This document shows, one piece after another, positions 10,309 through 20,169 of a stretch of 64,000 nt of DNA. Position 1 is the stretch's first letter. Every line of letters starts with the position of its first letter. The position numbers were made by a program, and so were the translations under genes. This stretch comes from a virus. The notes beneath the pieces are model-generated. The model had not been told where the DNA came from. It worked only from the letters and a program-made list of their open reading frames with translations, and ran no database searches. The stretch covers positions 37,669-101,668 of IMG/VR virus record IMGVR_UViG_3300044981_000078; one strand, 5' to 3'.

Positions 10309-11496
10309 ATGAGTGATGGTTTTATTCCGCTTTATGATCTTGAATCGTTAACCGAACCGCAGCGTCAAGAATATCTCAAGGCAGTCTGCAAGCACATGGG
10401 GGTGCCAGATAATCTGAATTTGGTCGCTCTTACATATGTTGACGACGGCGATGGCCCGTCCAGGCTCGTGCCGTACGCGAAGCGCGGCGCAACCGAAAAT
10501 GTCCGCAATAACCTGCAGATCGATATTGAGAGTCTCACTAGTCAGATGATTGGTGGTAGTATTGTGTTTACTGCAATTGCAAGGTCTAAACCTACGGGCA
10601 GGAGAGAAATCTCCACCGGATCGAAGTTCATCGATGGGCTACAGGGCACTCAACTCGATGATAGTATTATGACAGCCCAGACCAGGGCTCTCCGCCGTGT
10701 AACCCTACAATTTATTGGCGCGGGGGTCTTGGACGAATCAGAAGTCAACCAGCGAAAGACTGTTCACGCGGTATCGGCACCGATTGCGCCTACTCCACAA
10801 CCTACTGTAGCGCCAAGTAGTCAACCGGGTAAAGATATTACAGTTGTAGATACTTGTTCTTCGGACGGTTCTTTGGTAGGTGTTAAAATTGAATCCAAGA
10901 TGGTTGGAGAATATTGTGATTTCGCACAGCCTGATAACCCTGACGGAACGGACCCAGCAAAGAAACGTGCCGACACAATCGCACAACTAAATGCACAAAA
11001 CCCCCCGAAAGAGGGGGATTCGTTACAAACTAGTGCAGAAGCGAAGAAACCTAGAAAGCCGCGAGGACCGAATAAGAAAAAGGTCGATTTGGGTCCGAGC
11101 GGACCACCTCCGGCACAACCGGTCATTATTCCGGCCACTGTATCAGCGCCAATTGCTATAAACCCAGTGGCTCCATCAGTTATAGAGGCCCCTAAAGCGG
11201 ACATTATTCCGGCCATAAAGCCAAAGTGCGACCCGGCCCTACTTAAGACATACCGTGTACGTCACTTTCAAATCATGAACACAATGGAGCTAGAGGGCGG
11301 ATTCACCGGCTCCGAGGGGATGGGCAAGCCAGACAAGGTACGAAGTTTCGCTGCATTGATGTTTCCAGATATCACAAACTTTAATGATTTAACTTCCGAA
11401 CAGTGGGAGAAGTATCTTGGGTTTCTAGAGAATAAAATCAAAACTGAGGGAGCAACGGCGACGGTCAAGTATGTCGAGGCCGCAATCGGACTATGA
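10309..11496 (+). CDS. putative single-strand annealing protein (RecT/Rad52-like N-terminus)
   Basis: QRQEYLKAVC..LVPYAKRGAT..IMTAQTRALRRVTL pattern plus a long Pro-rich linker; sits near UvrD and the nuclease. Confidence 0.6.
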   Translation: MSDGFIPLYDLESLTEPQRQEYLKAVCKHMGVPDNLNLVALTYVDDGDGPSRLVPYAKRGATENVRNNLQIDIESLTSQMIGGSIVFTAIARSKPTGRREISTGSKFIDGLQGTQLDDSIMTAQTRALRRVTLQFIGAGVLDESEVNQRKTVHAVSAPIAPTPQPTVAPSSQPGKDITVVDTCSSDGSLVGVKIESKMVGEYCDFAQPDNPDGTDPAKKRADTIAQLNAQNPPKEGDSLQTSAEAKKPRKPRGPNKKKVDLGPSGPPPAQPVIIPATVSAPIAINPVAPSVIEAPKADIIPAIKPKCDPALLKTYRVRHFQIMNTMELEGGFTGSEGMGKPDKVRSFAALMFPDITNFNDLTSEQWEKYLGFLENKIKTEGATATVKYVEAAIGL

Positions 11497-11888
11497 AGAC
11501 TGGAAAAAAGAAGTATATTCATACAAGTAGTCCCAAAAATTCAAACGGTTCTATAGGTGGGAGCACTCCGGAAGAAATAACCGCTCATGTTTATATGACT
11601 GATTTCATGATCGAACAAGTTTCGGAATTTGCTTGTTTTAATTATTATGACCGGTGTCTTCATGGTTGTTCGATTTGGGGTATTCGCCCGTGTACTTGTC
11701 CGATAGAAAAGCCATTTATTTCTAGGAGCAAATTTGTGGCATATCATCTAGCTCCAGGGGCAGATGAAACCCCTGTCAAAGTTGCTAGATGGAAAGCGCT
11801 GGAGATTATCAATGATTGGAATGAAAATCAAACCAAAGAGTCGCTAAAACAAAAAAGACAATGTCGTTGGGTGTATTTTTTACCATAA
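11493..11888 (+). CDS. hypothetical protein
   Basis: Coupled ORF (ATGA), Cys cluster. Confidence 0.45.
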   Translation: MKTGKKKYIHTSSPKNSNGSIGGSTPEEITAHVYMTDFMIEQVSEFACFNYYDRCLHGCSIWGIRPCTCPIEKPFISRSKFVAYHLAPGADETPVKVARWKALEIINDWNENQTKESLKQKRQCRWVYFLP

Positions 11889-11903
11889 AATTGAGGATAA
11901 CTA

Positions 11904-12599
11904 ATGAAGAAAATCTTAGTCGTGTTAGCTTTGCTATTTAGCGCAGTTTCAATGCGGGCGCAAGACCTAAAGACCCACTTTCTTTTCGGGCCGGACGGTG
12001 GCTATAATTTTGGCAATACGTTTGTTGGTGGTACCGCCGAAGTCGAGATTCCTATCGGGCCACATGTCGAGATAGACGGAAGCGGGAAGATAAACCCCTA
12101 CGAATCGCACATCAAGCTTGGCCACGGTATCGGATACAGTGTTGGCGGCGGGGTGCTCTTGTGGGCGAACCGTACGTCGGGATTCGAGGGGCTATATTCG
12201 TACGGTGGCTATACAGTGGTCCAAGCGACAAAGGCCGCTGACTATGTGTACGCAGGATATGTGTACAAACACACAATGCTCGGCTTCCCAACTAGATTTC
12301 ATTTTAACTACTTTCAGCAGGTCTTTAACGGTATCTCCGCAAACGGCACCGAAACCAATCATGTGATAGGTGGGGCACTCGCGTTTGACAGTCTCGAAGG
12401 TTGCTTTAAGACTGGCTGCGTTCGTTCCAAGTTTACATGGTACACCGGACGTACACTGAACCAAGGGAACCCGAAGTGTGACGGTCAGTGCGGCGATCCT
12501 ATTACCTGCCCGCGCCAATCTGTAGTAAGCGGCGGATTTGAATTCAACGTGCGGTTTGAGTTTCCACGCCGGGCACACGGGAACTACGACCTCTTCTAA
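11904..12599 (+). CDS. secreted, probable outer-membrane beta-barrel protein
   Basis: Sec signal peptide MKKILVVLALLFSAVSMRA; Gly/aromatic alternating strands; terminal Phe. Confidence 0.6.
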   Translation: MKKILVVLALLFSAVSMRAQDLKTHFLFGPDGGYNFGNTFVGGTAEVEIPIGPHVEIDGSGKINPYESHIKLGHGIGYSVGGGVLLWANRTSGFEGLYSYGGYTVVQATKAADYVYAGYVYKHTMLGFPTRFHFNYFQQVFNGISANGTETNHVIGGALAFDSLEGCFKTGCVRSKFTWYTGRTLNQGNPKCDGQCGDPITCPRQSVVSGGFEFNVRFEFPRRAHGNYDLF

Positions 12600-14174
12600 A
12601 TGAACTTTAATGACGAGCAGCGAGCAGTCATAAACGCGATTGACGGTACATACATAGTCATAAGCGGGCCAGGGTCGGGAAAGACCGCATGCATGGTCGA
12701 GCGTTTTCTTACTATGATTATGCGGGGCATCTCAGTAAATGATATATTGAATTTAACTTTTACAAATGCAGCCGCTCAAGAGGCTGCTCAACGGGCAGGA
12801 ATACTAGACGCGGAAAAGTTTTTTAGAACGTTCCACTCATATGCGTTGGAGATAATCAAAAAAGAACGGGCGCATCTGCCCTTCGAATTAAGCGAGACGG
12901 TTATCCCCGTGGCCGGACAAGAGTTTAAGCTCTTATTTGATCTGGTAAAGGCGTATCCGGCGACACAGAACTTTCGTGCTCTTTCAGATAAAATATCATC
13001 TTGGAAACGAGCCGATATCGATCCAGAACGTGCTATTAGTGAGGCGATAGGAGCCGAATATTATTTTGCTCTAGCCTATCGAGAATACGAGGATCAATGT
13101 AGAAGAGACGGCTGGATAGATTTCGATTCTCTTATCTGGGAGACTGTAAATCTTTTGGAGAATAATGAAGAGGTCCGAAATCGATGGAAGAGAAAATACA
13201 TAGCAGCGGACGAATTTCAGGACACTGACATCCGCCAACTCCATATGCTTGAGCTATTATTTGATGGCAATCTAATTTGCGTAGGTGATACAAATCAAGG
13301 AATTTATAGTTGGAGAGGGGCGCACCCAGACGTTTTCAAATACGTCCAGAAAAAACTCCCTAATACTAAGATATTATTTTTAGGACAAAATCATAGGTCT
13401 AGCCAGAAAATCGTATCTTTTATCAAAGATATTCTTCCCGAAGATAACGGAATATCTAGTTATATGATGACTACGAATGAAGAAGGGGTCGATCCTGTTA
13501 TAACGCGATATAGAGACGATCACGAAGAAGCTGTTCAGACTCTTCGGCAAGTAATAGACCCAATTAATACTGTCATTATGGCTCGAACTAATCGGCAACT
13601 TTTTGTGTTTCAGAGATTGTGTGTAAGTCGTGGAATTAAATACCGAATCCTCGGAAAAAAGGACTTCTTTGAAACTAGCGAGGTCAAAAAGCTTCTTCAA
13701 TTAGCTAAAGATTCTACGGATCGAGGTCCGGCGGATCAAGTTTTGGCTAGTTTAATCAGTCAGCACAATCTTTTAAATATCTATCGCGGAAGCGGAGACC
13801 CGATGGAAAGTGATCCCGTAGATAATTTAAATTCAATTGTTAAAATGGCTGTCGGCAAGGGCACCGTCCTGGAGTTCCTAGAAAAACTTCGTAAATTGAC
13901 ATATGCAAGAAAGTCGGCCAAAGGATTGACGCTATCCACGGTACACCAAATGAAAGGAAAACAGGCTGACCATGTATTTGTGGTTGGGGTGGATCAAAAC
14001 CGCATGCCCCATCGCGAAGGTGAAATAGGCGAAGAGAGGAGAATTTGGTTTACGGCATGCTCCAGGGCAGCTAAGACTCTAAATATCAGTTTTTATGGTC
14101 CGCGTAGTGAGTTTTTGAATAGCTTTCTAAGTCAAATTAAAGTTTATCAAAATGAGTCCGAGGAAAACGCATGA
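12600..14174 (+). CDS. UvrD/PcrA-like SF1 helicase
   Basis: GPGSGKT, TFTNAAA, TFHS, DEFQD, VGDTNQGIYSWRGA, STVHQMKG, EERR. Confidence 0.93.
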   Translation: MNFNDEQRAVINAIDGTYIVISGPGSGKTACMVERFLTMIMRGISVNDILNLTFTNAAAQEAAQRAGILDAEKFFRTFHSYALEIIKKERAHLPFELSETVIPVAGQEFKLLFDLVKAYPATQNFRALSDKISSWKRADIDPERAISEAIGAEYYFALAYREYEDQCRRDGWIDFDSLIWETVNLLENNEEVRNRWKRKYIAADEFQDTDIRQLHMLELLFDGNLICVGDTNQGIYSWRGAHPDVFKYVQKKLPNTKILFLGQNHRSSQKIVSFIKDILPEDNGISSYMMTTNEEGVDPVITRYRDDHEEAVQTLRQVIDPINTVIMARTNRQLFVFQRLCVSRGIKYRILGKKDFFETSEVKKLLQLAKDSTDRGPADQVLASLISQHNLLNIYRGSGDPMESDPVDNLNSIVKMAVGKGTVLEFLEKLRKLTYARKSAKGLTLSTVHQMKGKQADHVFVVGVDQNRMPHREGEIGEERRIWFTACSRAAKTLNISFYGPRSEFLNSFLSQIKVYQNESEENA

Positions 14175-15364
14175 GCTTTTTATACGTGAACAGCCAAGGA
14201 AATCCTCACCGAAAACACAGCTACAGTTCGGGCTTAATTTTTGAGCAAAGTCCTCTGAAATACTATCTTCAAAAAATTCTGGGGTGGAGAGAGATTCGTT
14301 CGTATGCCCGTTTTGAATTCGGAAAAGCGATTGAGGAGAGCATACAGTCTTATCACGATCACGGCGGTGAAATAGACATTAAGGAAGACTTTATACGCCG
14401 CTGGTCTGCGCACAAGGATAATGAGAGCATCACTTATACAGACACAGAAAAGAACTGGGCGACTTGCTTGACGATGGGTCAAGACATGGTTAGACTATAC
14501 GCTGCAGTTCAGCCCAATCTCCCAATACCGATGGGCGGTCGAGCAGTCTGGCAAAGAGAGTATTCAAAAACTGTCTTTCCCGGTGATCCTAATTATGGAG
14601 AAATCGATTTTGCGGGAAAGCTAGACATTGTGTGCTATACTGAGCCGGATCACCCGATGCTCCCTAAAATTGAATGGAAGTCGGAGTACGGGATGTATCG
14701 TCCTGTTATAGTTGATATTAAAACTAGCGCCATAGATTTTCCCGAACAACCAGGCATGGCCGCTCTAGATGCGCAATTACGTGTCTATTCTTGGCTCACC
14801 GGTATACGTGATACAGCGCTGTTGTGGTTCAAGAAGAGCGGTCTCGGATATAAAAAAGGCTACTCCGCAACAGTAATCGAACCAATCGGACAGTATACTG
14901 CCGGTCAAGAGGTGGTTATTGCTAAGGTAGACGGGGAAGACGCTTGGGTTGTCTACAATGACTTTATGGTTGAGGAGATGAATAAGGCTCAGGGTAAAAA
15001 GGGGGATAAACTAGATCAAACAGACGAGGCCAAACAACGCGCCCAGAACTGGCTGGATCAATACGGGGTAAGGGTTCCGTTATCAAGTTTGACTCGTCAG
15101 CGTCTGCAGTTTAATTCAGGTAGAGTCACACAGCAGTCTGCAGATGATGCAGGACGCATAGCGGGGAGACAGATCATACAGATTGTCAACGCGTGGAAGA
15201 ATAAAGAATGGCCAAATAATTTTGGAATCCGCTACCCCCACGATGATCGAAACGATTCGTACTTTCGCGCGTTCGTGCTCGGTGACGAAGTTTATAAGAA
15301 GCAAAATTTCATAAAAGCAGATGAAGAAACATTTGATAGTTTATTCCAAGAGGACGAACCGTGA
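14171..15364 (+). CDS. PD-(D/E)XK RecB-like exonuclease
   Basis: HSYSS, GKLDIV, IVDIKTS, QLRVY. Confidence 0.8.
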   Translation: MSFLYVNSQGNPHRKHSYSSGLIFEQSPLKYYLQKILGWREIRSYARFEFGKAIEESIQSYHDHGGEIDIKEDFIRRWSAHKDNESITYTDTEKNWATCLTMGQDMVRLYAAVQPNLPIPMGGRAVWQREYSKTVFPGDPNYGEIDFAGKLDIVCYTEPDHPMLPKIEWKSEYGMYRPVIVDIKTSAIDFPEQPGMAALDAQLRVYSWLTGIRDTALLWFKKSGLGYKKGYSATVIEPIGQYTAGQEVVIAKVDGEDAWVVYNDFMVEEMNKAQGKKGDKLDQTDEAKQRAQNWLDQYGVRVPLSSLTRQRLQFNSGRVTQQSADDAGRIAGRQIIQIVNAWKNKEWPNNFGIRYPHDDRNDSYFRAFVLGDEVYKKQNFIKADEETFDSLFQEDEP

Positions 15365-15645
15365 AAATGAACATCTTTACAGTAACCAGGGGCGGACAAA
15401 AGTTTGCAGGGGACTCGATTCATAGTTCAATTACTGGAGAAAGCATAGGTGGGCCACTGGCCCCGGAAGATCAAATCATAACTGAAATAGACGAGCTTAA
15501 GATGTCTCCAGAAAAGATCATAGCTACTAGATTTTTGGCCTTCTTGGAGACCCGAAGGCTTGATATGAAATCATTAGCCATACTAAGTGACGAAGAACAA
15601 AATAGAATTAGAAGAGAGTTTTTTCTAGAACAGGACACAATATGA
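15361..15645 (+). CDS. hypothetical protein
   Basis: Coupled ORF with GAGG RBS. Confidence 0.5.
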   Translation: MKMNIFTVTRGGQKFAGDSIHSSITGESIGGPLAPEDQIITEIDELKMSPEKIIATRFLAFLETRRLDMKSLAILSDEEQNRIRREFFLEQDTI

Positions 15646-15893
15646 CTTATCATATCGTTAAGTTTCATGCAGACGGCGGTCAAATGTGCGTACCGGGGAT
15701 TCGGTGTTTCACGGATAAGGCTAAAGCTGACGAACTAGCTGAGTACCTTCGAACTGAATCGGGGCATTCTTGTGGTCTGCAATCTGTTCAACAATGCGAA
15801 TCCGAAAGACCTATCGAAAATGACGGAATAATCTATCCCGGTGTAGCTAACATGGGAAGAGATACTTTGGGGGAGTGCTATTTTCGCAAATGA
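15642..15893 (+). CDS. hypothetical protein
   Basis: Coupled ORF. Confidence 0.45.
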   Translation: MTYHIVKFHADGGQMCVPGIRCFTDKAKADELAEYLRTESGHSCGLQSVQQCESERPIENDGIIYPGVANMGRDTLGECYFRK

Positions 15894-16456
15894 TTGTATT
15901 AACGCCCATTAAACGGACGGACCCTCGAATTCTTGCGGACATGGCTATTCACTACAGCCAGCCAAAAGGATTTGTTGGTCGCAATATCTGTTACGCCATA
16001 GTGGTCAGAGATGTGTATTACGGTGCAATTGTTGGTGGATCATCTACCTTACATTTGGCTGGTCGAGATGAGTTTTTTGGATTAACAAGAGTAAACAAGA
16101 AGTCTGCATTGAAACATATTGTGAATAATATATTTTATCACATCGAAAAGAAAGACGGGCGCTATCCTGTCCGAAACATGGTTCCTACTGTTTTGAGTTT
16201 GTTTAGAGAACGAATTATATCTGATTGGAAAGCTAAATATGGAGATGATGTTATTGGATTTGAGTCTTTAATCGAATTACCGCGATCAGGTGAATCTTAT
16301 AAACGGGATGGTTGGGTAGAGGTCGGCATAACTAAAGGGCAGACTTGTAAACGAATCGCGGGGAAGGGAACCGATTCATGGACGGGAAAACGAGTATGGG
16401 ATACGAAAAATTTGAGACCCAAGCGTGTTTTTGTTCGTCACATTAGTGAAAAATAG
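15890..16456 (+). CDS. DUF4338/DruA-like (Mom-related GNAT-fold) protein
   Basis: HYS..GRNICY..RDEFFG..IVNN..DWKAKYG..FESLIE..GESYKRDGWVEVGITKG matches the remembered DUF4338 pattern. Confidence 0.7.
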   Translation: MIVLTPIKRTDPRILADMAIHYSQPKGFVGRNICYAIVVRDVYYGAIVGGSSTLHLAGRDEFFGLTRVNKKSALKHIVNNIFYHIEKKDGRYPVRNMVPTVLSLFRERIISDWKAKYGDDVIGFESLIELPRSGESYKRDGWVEVGITKGQTCKRIAGKGTDSWTGKRVWDTKNLRPKRVFVRHISEK

Positions 16457-16879
16457 ATGGAACACCGGGACACACTCCCGACTTTACGCGCTTCACTCGA
16501 CGGTAATGACACTTTCTTAAGCGGCGGTCACCGGGTAATAAAGACCGCCGGGGCGAGTCGTCATGCAAAGCGAATGGAGAAGGTACCGGTGTGGGCTCTC
16601 GATGACGAAAAGATAAAACAATATATTAATCTTAGGTTTCCAAAAGCTAAAACAGATAAACAGCAGAGGACCCGGGCGGCCAGGGTGGTTCGTGTGATTT
16701 ACCTATATTACCGGGTGGGAGAGACCTTATCGGCGGTAGCGGAGCAGGTCGGGATGACTGACGGGGCAGTAAATCAGATGCTTATGCGGGTTAATAGGTC
16801 CATGACCAGGCCGATCAAGCCGTCTCATAGACCTAAAAAGCCCGTACATATTGGGGAGACTAGTGAAGTCAACTTTTGA
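16457..16879 (+). CDS. sigma70 region-4-like HTH DNA-binding protein
   Basis: YLYYRVGETLSAVAEQVGMTDGAVNQMLMR. Confidence 0.6.
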   Translation: MEHRDTLPTLRASLDGNDTFLSGGHRVIKTAGASRHAKRMEKVPVWALDDEKIKQYINLRFPKAKTDKQQRTRAARVVRVIYLYYRVGETLSAVAEQVGMTDGAVNQMLMRVNRSMTRPIKPSHRPKKPVHIGETSEVNF

Positions 16880-17447
16880 AGTTGGGGAGAACCTAGAAAG
16901 GGGCATGATAAGCAAAATTCGGGTCCACACCTGCGGAAACCAACGGTATGAAGGGTATATTACGGAGAAATGCAGGTGCCGCAAGTATGTGACCCAAGAG
17001 AAGGCAGAGCAGCTTAAGAACGACGGCTACGCGGCTCATGTTATAACATCTATTAAGACCATAGATGTAGAAGACATATGTTCGATGTGCGAAGGCAACG
17101 ACCGGTTAAAGAAGTCTTGTAAGGCTTGTGGGAAAACCGGAATAGAGACTAAGAAGAGAAACCTAATTGAATACGGCGAAGATATCTATATGCGTCCTAT
17201 CCTCAGAACACCGAGGACCGCGACTATCGAGAAAAACCATCTCGAATACGCCTATGTCAAGTTGGATAAGGATGCCGCAAGAAGAATAGAACTATATCAC
17301 GAATCTGATCAATCGGCGCTAGGAGATTTAGGCGCTGAAATTAGGAATCCAGTGACCGGAGAAGTTGTACGTAAGGGCACCCCGGAGCCTAAAAACGATC
17401 CGGCTAAGGGCCAGGGTCGAGATCACGACTACGGAAGGGCGATATGA
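16851..17447 (+). CDS. hypothetical protein with DnaJ-type CxxCxG zinc motif (start uncertain)
   Basis: CSMCEG...CKACGKTG. Confidence 0.55.
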   Translation: MGRLVKSTFEVGENLERGMISKIRVHTCGNQRYEGYITEKCRCRKYVTQEKAEQLKNDGYAAHVITSIKTIDVEDICSMCEGNDRLKKSCKACGKTGIETKKRNLIEYGEDIYMRPILRTPRTATIEKNHLEYAYVKLDKDAARRIELYHESDQSALGDLGAEIRNPVTGEVVRKGTPEPKNDPAKGQGRDHDYGRAI

Positions 17448-17818
17448 CCGAACAAAACTCACCGACTCCCGAGGGACAGGCGGCGGCAGAGCAGGCGTTG
17501 CAAGAGATTAGAGATCGATCTTTTAGCGGACGAAACCCCCACTTGGGAAAGATGGTGAACTGTCCGTTCTGTAATTTGCGCCACCGGCAGAATGAGCGTA
17601 AGTGCGAACAAAAGTTCGCGGAAGAAGACGGGATTGTTTACGGTGCCCTTGTTCCGCCTGAAGGCCTGACCCAACTAACCAAGAGACAAATTTTTGGGGC
17701 TCGTGCATTCGCAAAGAAGCGACAGCGCCCTCGTAATAAACCGAAGAAGCCGATGACAAAGTGGGCTAGGGTTTTAAAAGCCGCCGCTGAGAAGAGGAAG
17801 AATGCTAAAACAGTTTAG
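17444..17818 (+). CDS. hypothetical basic Zn-finger protein
   Basis: CPFC..H..C; coupled ORF. Confidence 0.5.
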   Translation: MTEQNSPTPEGQAAAEQALQEIRDRSFSGRNPHLGKMVNCPFCNLRHRQNERKCEQKFAEEDGIVYGALVPPEGLTQLTKRQIFGARAFAKKRQRPRNKPKKPMTKWARVLKAAAEKRKNAKTV

Positions 17819-18395
17819 AGACTGGGTATATCTGTTCGTAACTGAGCGTTTACTCAAGGATGAGTTTTTCATTTCTAGGCTGGATAGCGCTCTCAAACAG
17901 CACAACAAACAACTGGAAGTTTTGAAGGAAGCAGCGCGTCGGCTCAAGATAGACGCTCTTCAACGTAAGATGGCTGAAGAGCGTATCGCAGAGATAAAGA
18001 AACTTCAGGATAGTTGCTCGCATCTTAAGGGTGGTCGTTTGAGGAGCCCATGCGGTGAAGACTACAATATTTGGATTCACATATTTACAGACAATCACCG
18101 CCGTAGTGTTCGATGCTTAACTTGTAGAAAAGAGTGGACCGGAGATCAACTTAAATCTCCCGAGGTCCAACACATGTTAGCGCATACTACTAATACCCTC
18201 ACCTCATCGGAGTTTAAGATAGGACCGGCGAAAGACCAAGAATTTCCCGGTGGTAATGCTCCAATGACAGAAGAGGAAGAGATTGCAAATAATCCGTTAT
18301 GGCCCTTTGCAAGCCGAATATATGTTCAATGGTGGGACAAAATGTTAAAGAAACTTCGTAAAAAGAAACGCTTGACAAACAACAGGCGTGCATGA
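17802..18395 (+). CDS. Zn-binding protein, paralog of 62834-63373
   Basis: CxHxKGG...HxFTDN...RCxxC...TNTxxSSE shared with the late gene. Confidence 0.65.
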   Translation: MLKQFRDWVYLFVTERLLKDEFFISRLDSALKQHNKQLEVLKEAARRLKIDALQRKMAEERIAEIKKLQDSCSHLKGGRLRSPCGEDYNIWIHIFTDNHRRSVRCLTCRKEWTGDQLKSPEVQHMLAHTTNTLTSSEFKIGPAKDQEFPGGNAPMTEEEEIANNPLWPFASRIYVQWWDKMLKKLRKKKRLTNNRRA

Positions 18396-18401
18396 CATAT
18401 T
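18372..18401 (+). promoter_or_regulatory. sigma70-type promoter
   Basis: TTGACA-18 nt-(TGA)CATATT. Confidence 0.5.
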
Positions 18402-18447
18402 TAACTTGTGAGAGGCACCGTCAGCCGAGAATGACGCTAACAGGGGA

Positions 18448-18930
18448 TTGAAAATGAAAAAGTTGCTTTCAGCAGTTCTGTTTGTTCTTGCATTTGCAAT
18501 TGGGGCTTCGGCTCAAACAACTCAACAGAGTGTTGACTATCCGTTTTTCAACGCGGGGGATCACAGTCAGGTCACGTTTTATTTTGGTCACTTGCCGAAC
18601 GGTGAGCCCGGCACTACCGCGCTTATCATTCAGTGCGCGTTTAACCGTGCTGAATTGATTACCAATTTCGATGTGTACGGTCAGCAAATGGGATCACAGT
18701 TTTTTGCTGTTACCTGTTCACATGTGGGGCCAACTTGGGTCAATGGTCAGAGGACCGACACTTACACTCTTAACGCAACGCCACTTGCCGAATCTCTCGT
18801 TATGTACGGGACCAACGAAAATGGCAATCCTGTGACATCAAATCTCAATCTAATCGTCAACAGCGCAACATGGACTGTTACCGGCACCCGTGGGGCGAAG
18901 TCTAGCGGCGGGGCAGAGATTACTGACTGA
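18448..18930 (+). CDS. secreted protein
   Basis: Signal peptide KKLLSAVLFVLAFAIGASA; beta-rich mature part. Confidence 0.65.
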   Translation: MKMKKLLSAVLFVLAFAIGASAQTTQQSVDYPFFNAGDHSQVTFYFGHLPNGEPGTTALIIQCAFNRAELITNFDVYGQQMGSQFFAVTCSHVGPTWVNGQRTDTYTLNATPLAESLVMYGTNENGNPVTSNLNLIVNSATWTVTGTRGAKSSGGAEITD

Positions 18931-18983
18931 GTCTTCTCCCTAGCCCTCGCGCGGAGGGACAGGGTGACCGCTCAGGAGGTAAG

Positions 18984-19853
18984 ATGGATTTAATTATTAC
19001 ACATCAGAATTGTCCCGATGGTTGGGCAGCGGCGTATGTCGCAAAATTACGGTATCCAGAAGCCAAAATATTAACTCAAGACCATGGTCTAGAACCCCCA
19101 TATAATGACGTTACTGGCAAAAATGTTTTGGTGGTGGATTTCTCGTGGCGAACCCGAGAACAGAATGACAAGCTCGCCTTATTAGCAAAATCATTCAAGA
19201 TTCTGGATCATCACAAGAGCGCCAAAGAAGTTCTCGATGGAGCTAGTTATGCCGTATTCGATATGGAAAGGTCCGGCGCGGGACTCGCGTGGGACTATTT
19301 ATACGGGAAAGATGCGCCGATAGAAAATAACCCCCGTAACAGACCGCGTCCTTGGTTTATTGATTATGTAGAGGATCGCGATCTGTGGCGTCACGCGTTA
19401 CCGGAGTCCGAGGCGGTCAATGGCTTCATAATGACATTCGCGTACGAGATTCAAGCCTGGGACCAGATGATAAAGACCGACCTCCGAGACGCTATTACAA
19501 ACGGAAAGGCGGTTCAGCTTGAGATTAATAAGTATGTTCGTGAGATTATAAAACAGACTCAGGTCGGATCGCTGAATGTCCTTGATAAGAAATATTCTGT
19601 CGGACTTGTAAATGCTCCGTATTTGCACATTAGTGATGTTGGTAACGCTCTTGCTCATCGTTATGATATTGGAATGGGCTGGTTCGAAAGGGTTGACGGC
19701 GTCATTCAATTTTCAATGCGGTCTGTTGATGACATAGATGTAGCAAATATAGCGAAACAATTTAATGGGGGCGGGCACCAACACGCCGCCGGGTTCCAAT
19801 TGTCGTTGGCAGACGGACGTAAATTAGTCGATCAAATTCTAGGACGATCATGA
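18984..19853 (+). CDS. DHH/DHHA1 phosphoesterase
   Basis: HQNCPDG, VVDFS, LDHHKS, DRDLW, SMRS, GGGHQHAAGF. Confidence 0.9.
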   Translation: MDLIITHQNCPDGWAAAYVAKLRYPEAKILTQDHGLEPPYNDVTGKNVLVVDFSWRTREQNDKLALLAKSFKILDHHKSAKEVLDGASYAVFDMERSGAGLAWDYLYGKDAPIENNPRNRPRPWFIDYVEDRDLWRHALPESEAVNGFIMTFAYEIQAWDQMIKTDLRDAITNGKAVQLEINKYVREIIKQTQVGSLNVLDKKYSVGLVNAPYLHISDVGNALAHRYDIGMGWFERVDGVIQFSMRSVDDIDVANIAKQFNGGGHQHAAGFQLSLADGRKLVDQILGRS

Positions 19854-20143
19854 GAACACAAACCACCGTGTTACCGAATGAATTTAAGTACGATCACAAG
19901 ACTAAAACCTTAGTTGTTGAGTACACAGACGGCTCTCAGATCAAGTATTTTGACATCGAGCCGACATCTATATTCTTGTTGAACGGGAACTATCACCGCT
20001 TTGCGGACTTCATTCAATATGTTGAGACATTTAGTCCTAGGTCAGAGTTAGTTCGTAAGCCGACAAAGCGTACCGGTACAATCATGCAGGAAGAGCCGGA
20101 CACTAGAGAAACAAATCCGAACTGGAAGCCTAAAAAGACTTGA
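19850..20143 (+). CDS. KTSC-domain-like protein
   Basis: YDHKTKTLVVEYTDGSQIKYFDI resembles the KTSC core YDxxxxxLxVxFxxGxxYxY. Confidence 0.55.
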   Translation: MRTQTTVLPNEFKYDHKTKTLVVEYTDGSQIKYFDIEPTSIFLLNGNYHRFADFIQYVETFSPRSELVRKPTKRTGTIMQEEPDTRETNPNWKPKKT

Positions 20144-20169
20144 CAGTGATCTAGGATTGTGGTATTAAT
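20140..20169 (+). promoter_or_regulatory. sigma70 promoter for the Y RNA-Ro60 unit
   Basis: TTGACA-17 nt-(TGG)TATTAAT immediately upstream of the Y RNA 5' end. Confidence 0.7.

Noticed and set aside
14171-15364. Cas4/CRISPR system
   Set aside because: No Fe-S cysteines, no other cas genes and no repeat-spacer array seen in the window
15890-16456. Complete Druantia defence system
   Set aside because: No DruE-like large helicase or other Dru genes; the nearby helicase is a UvrD
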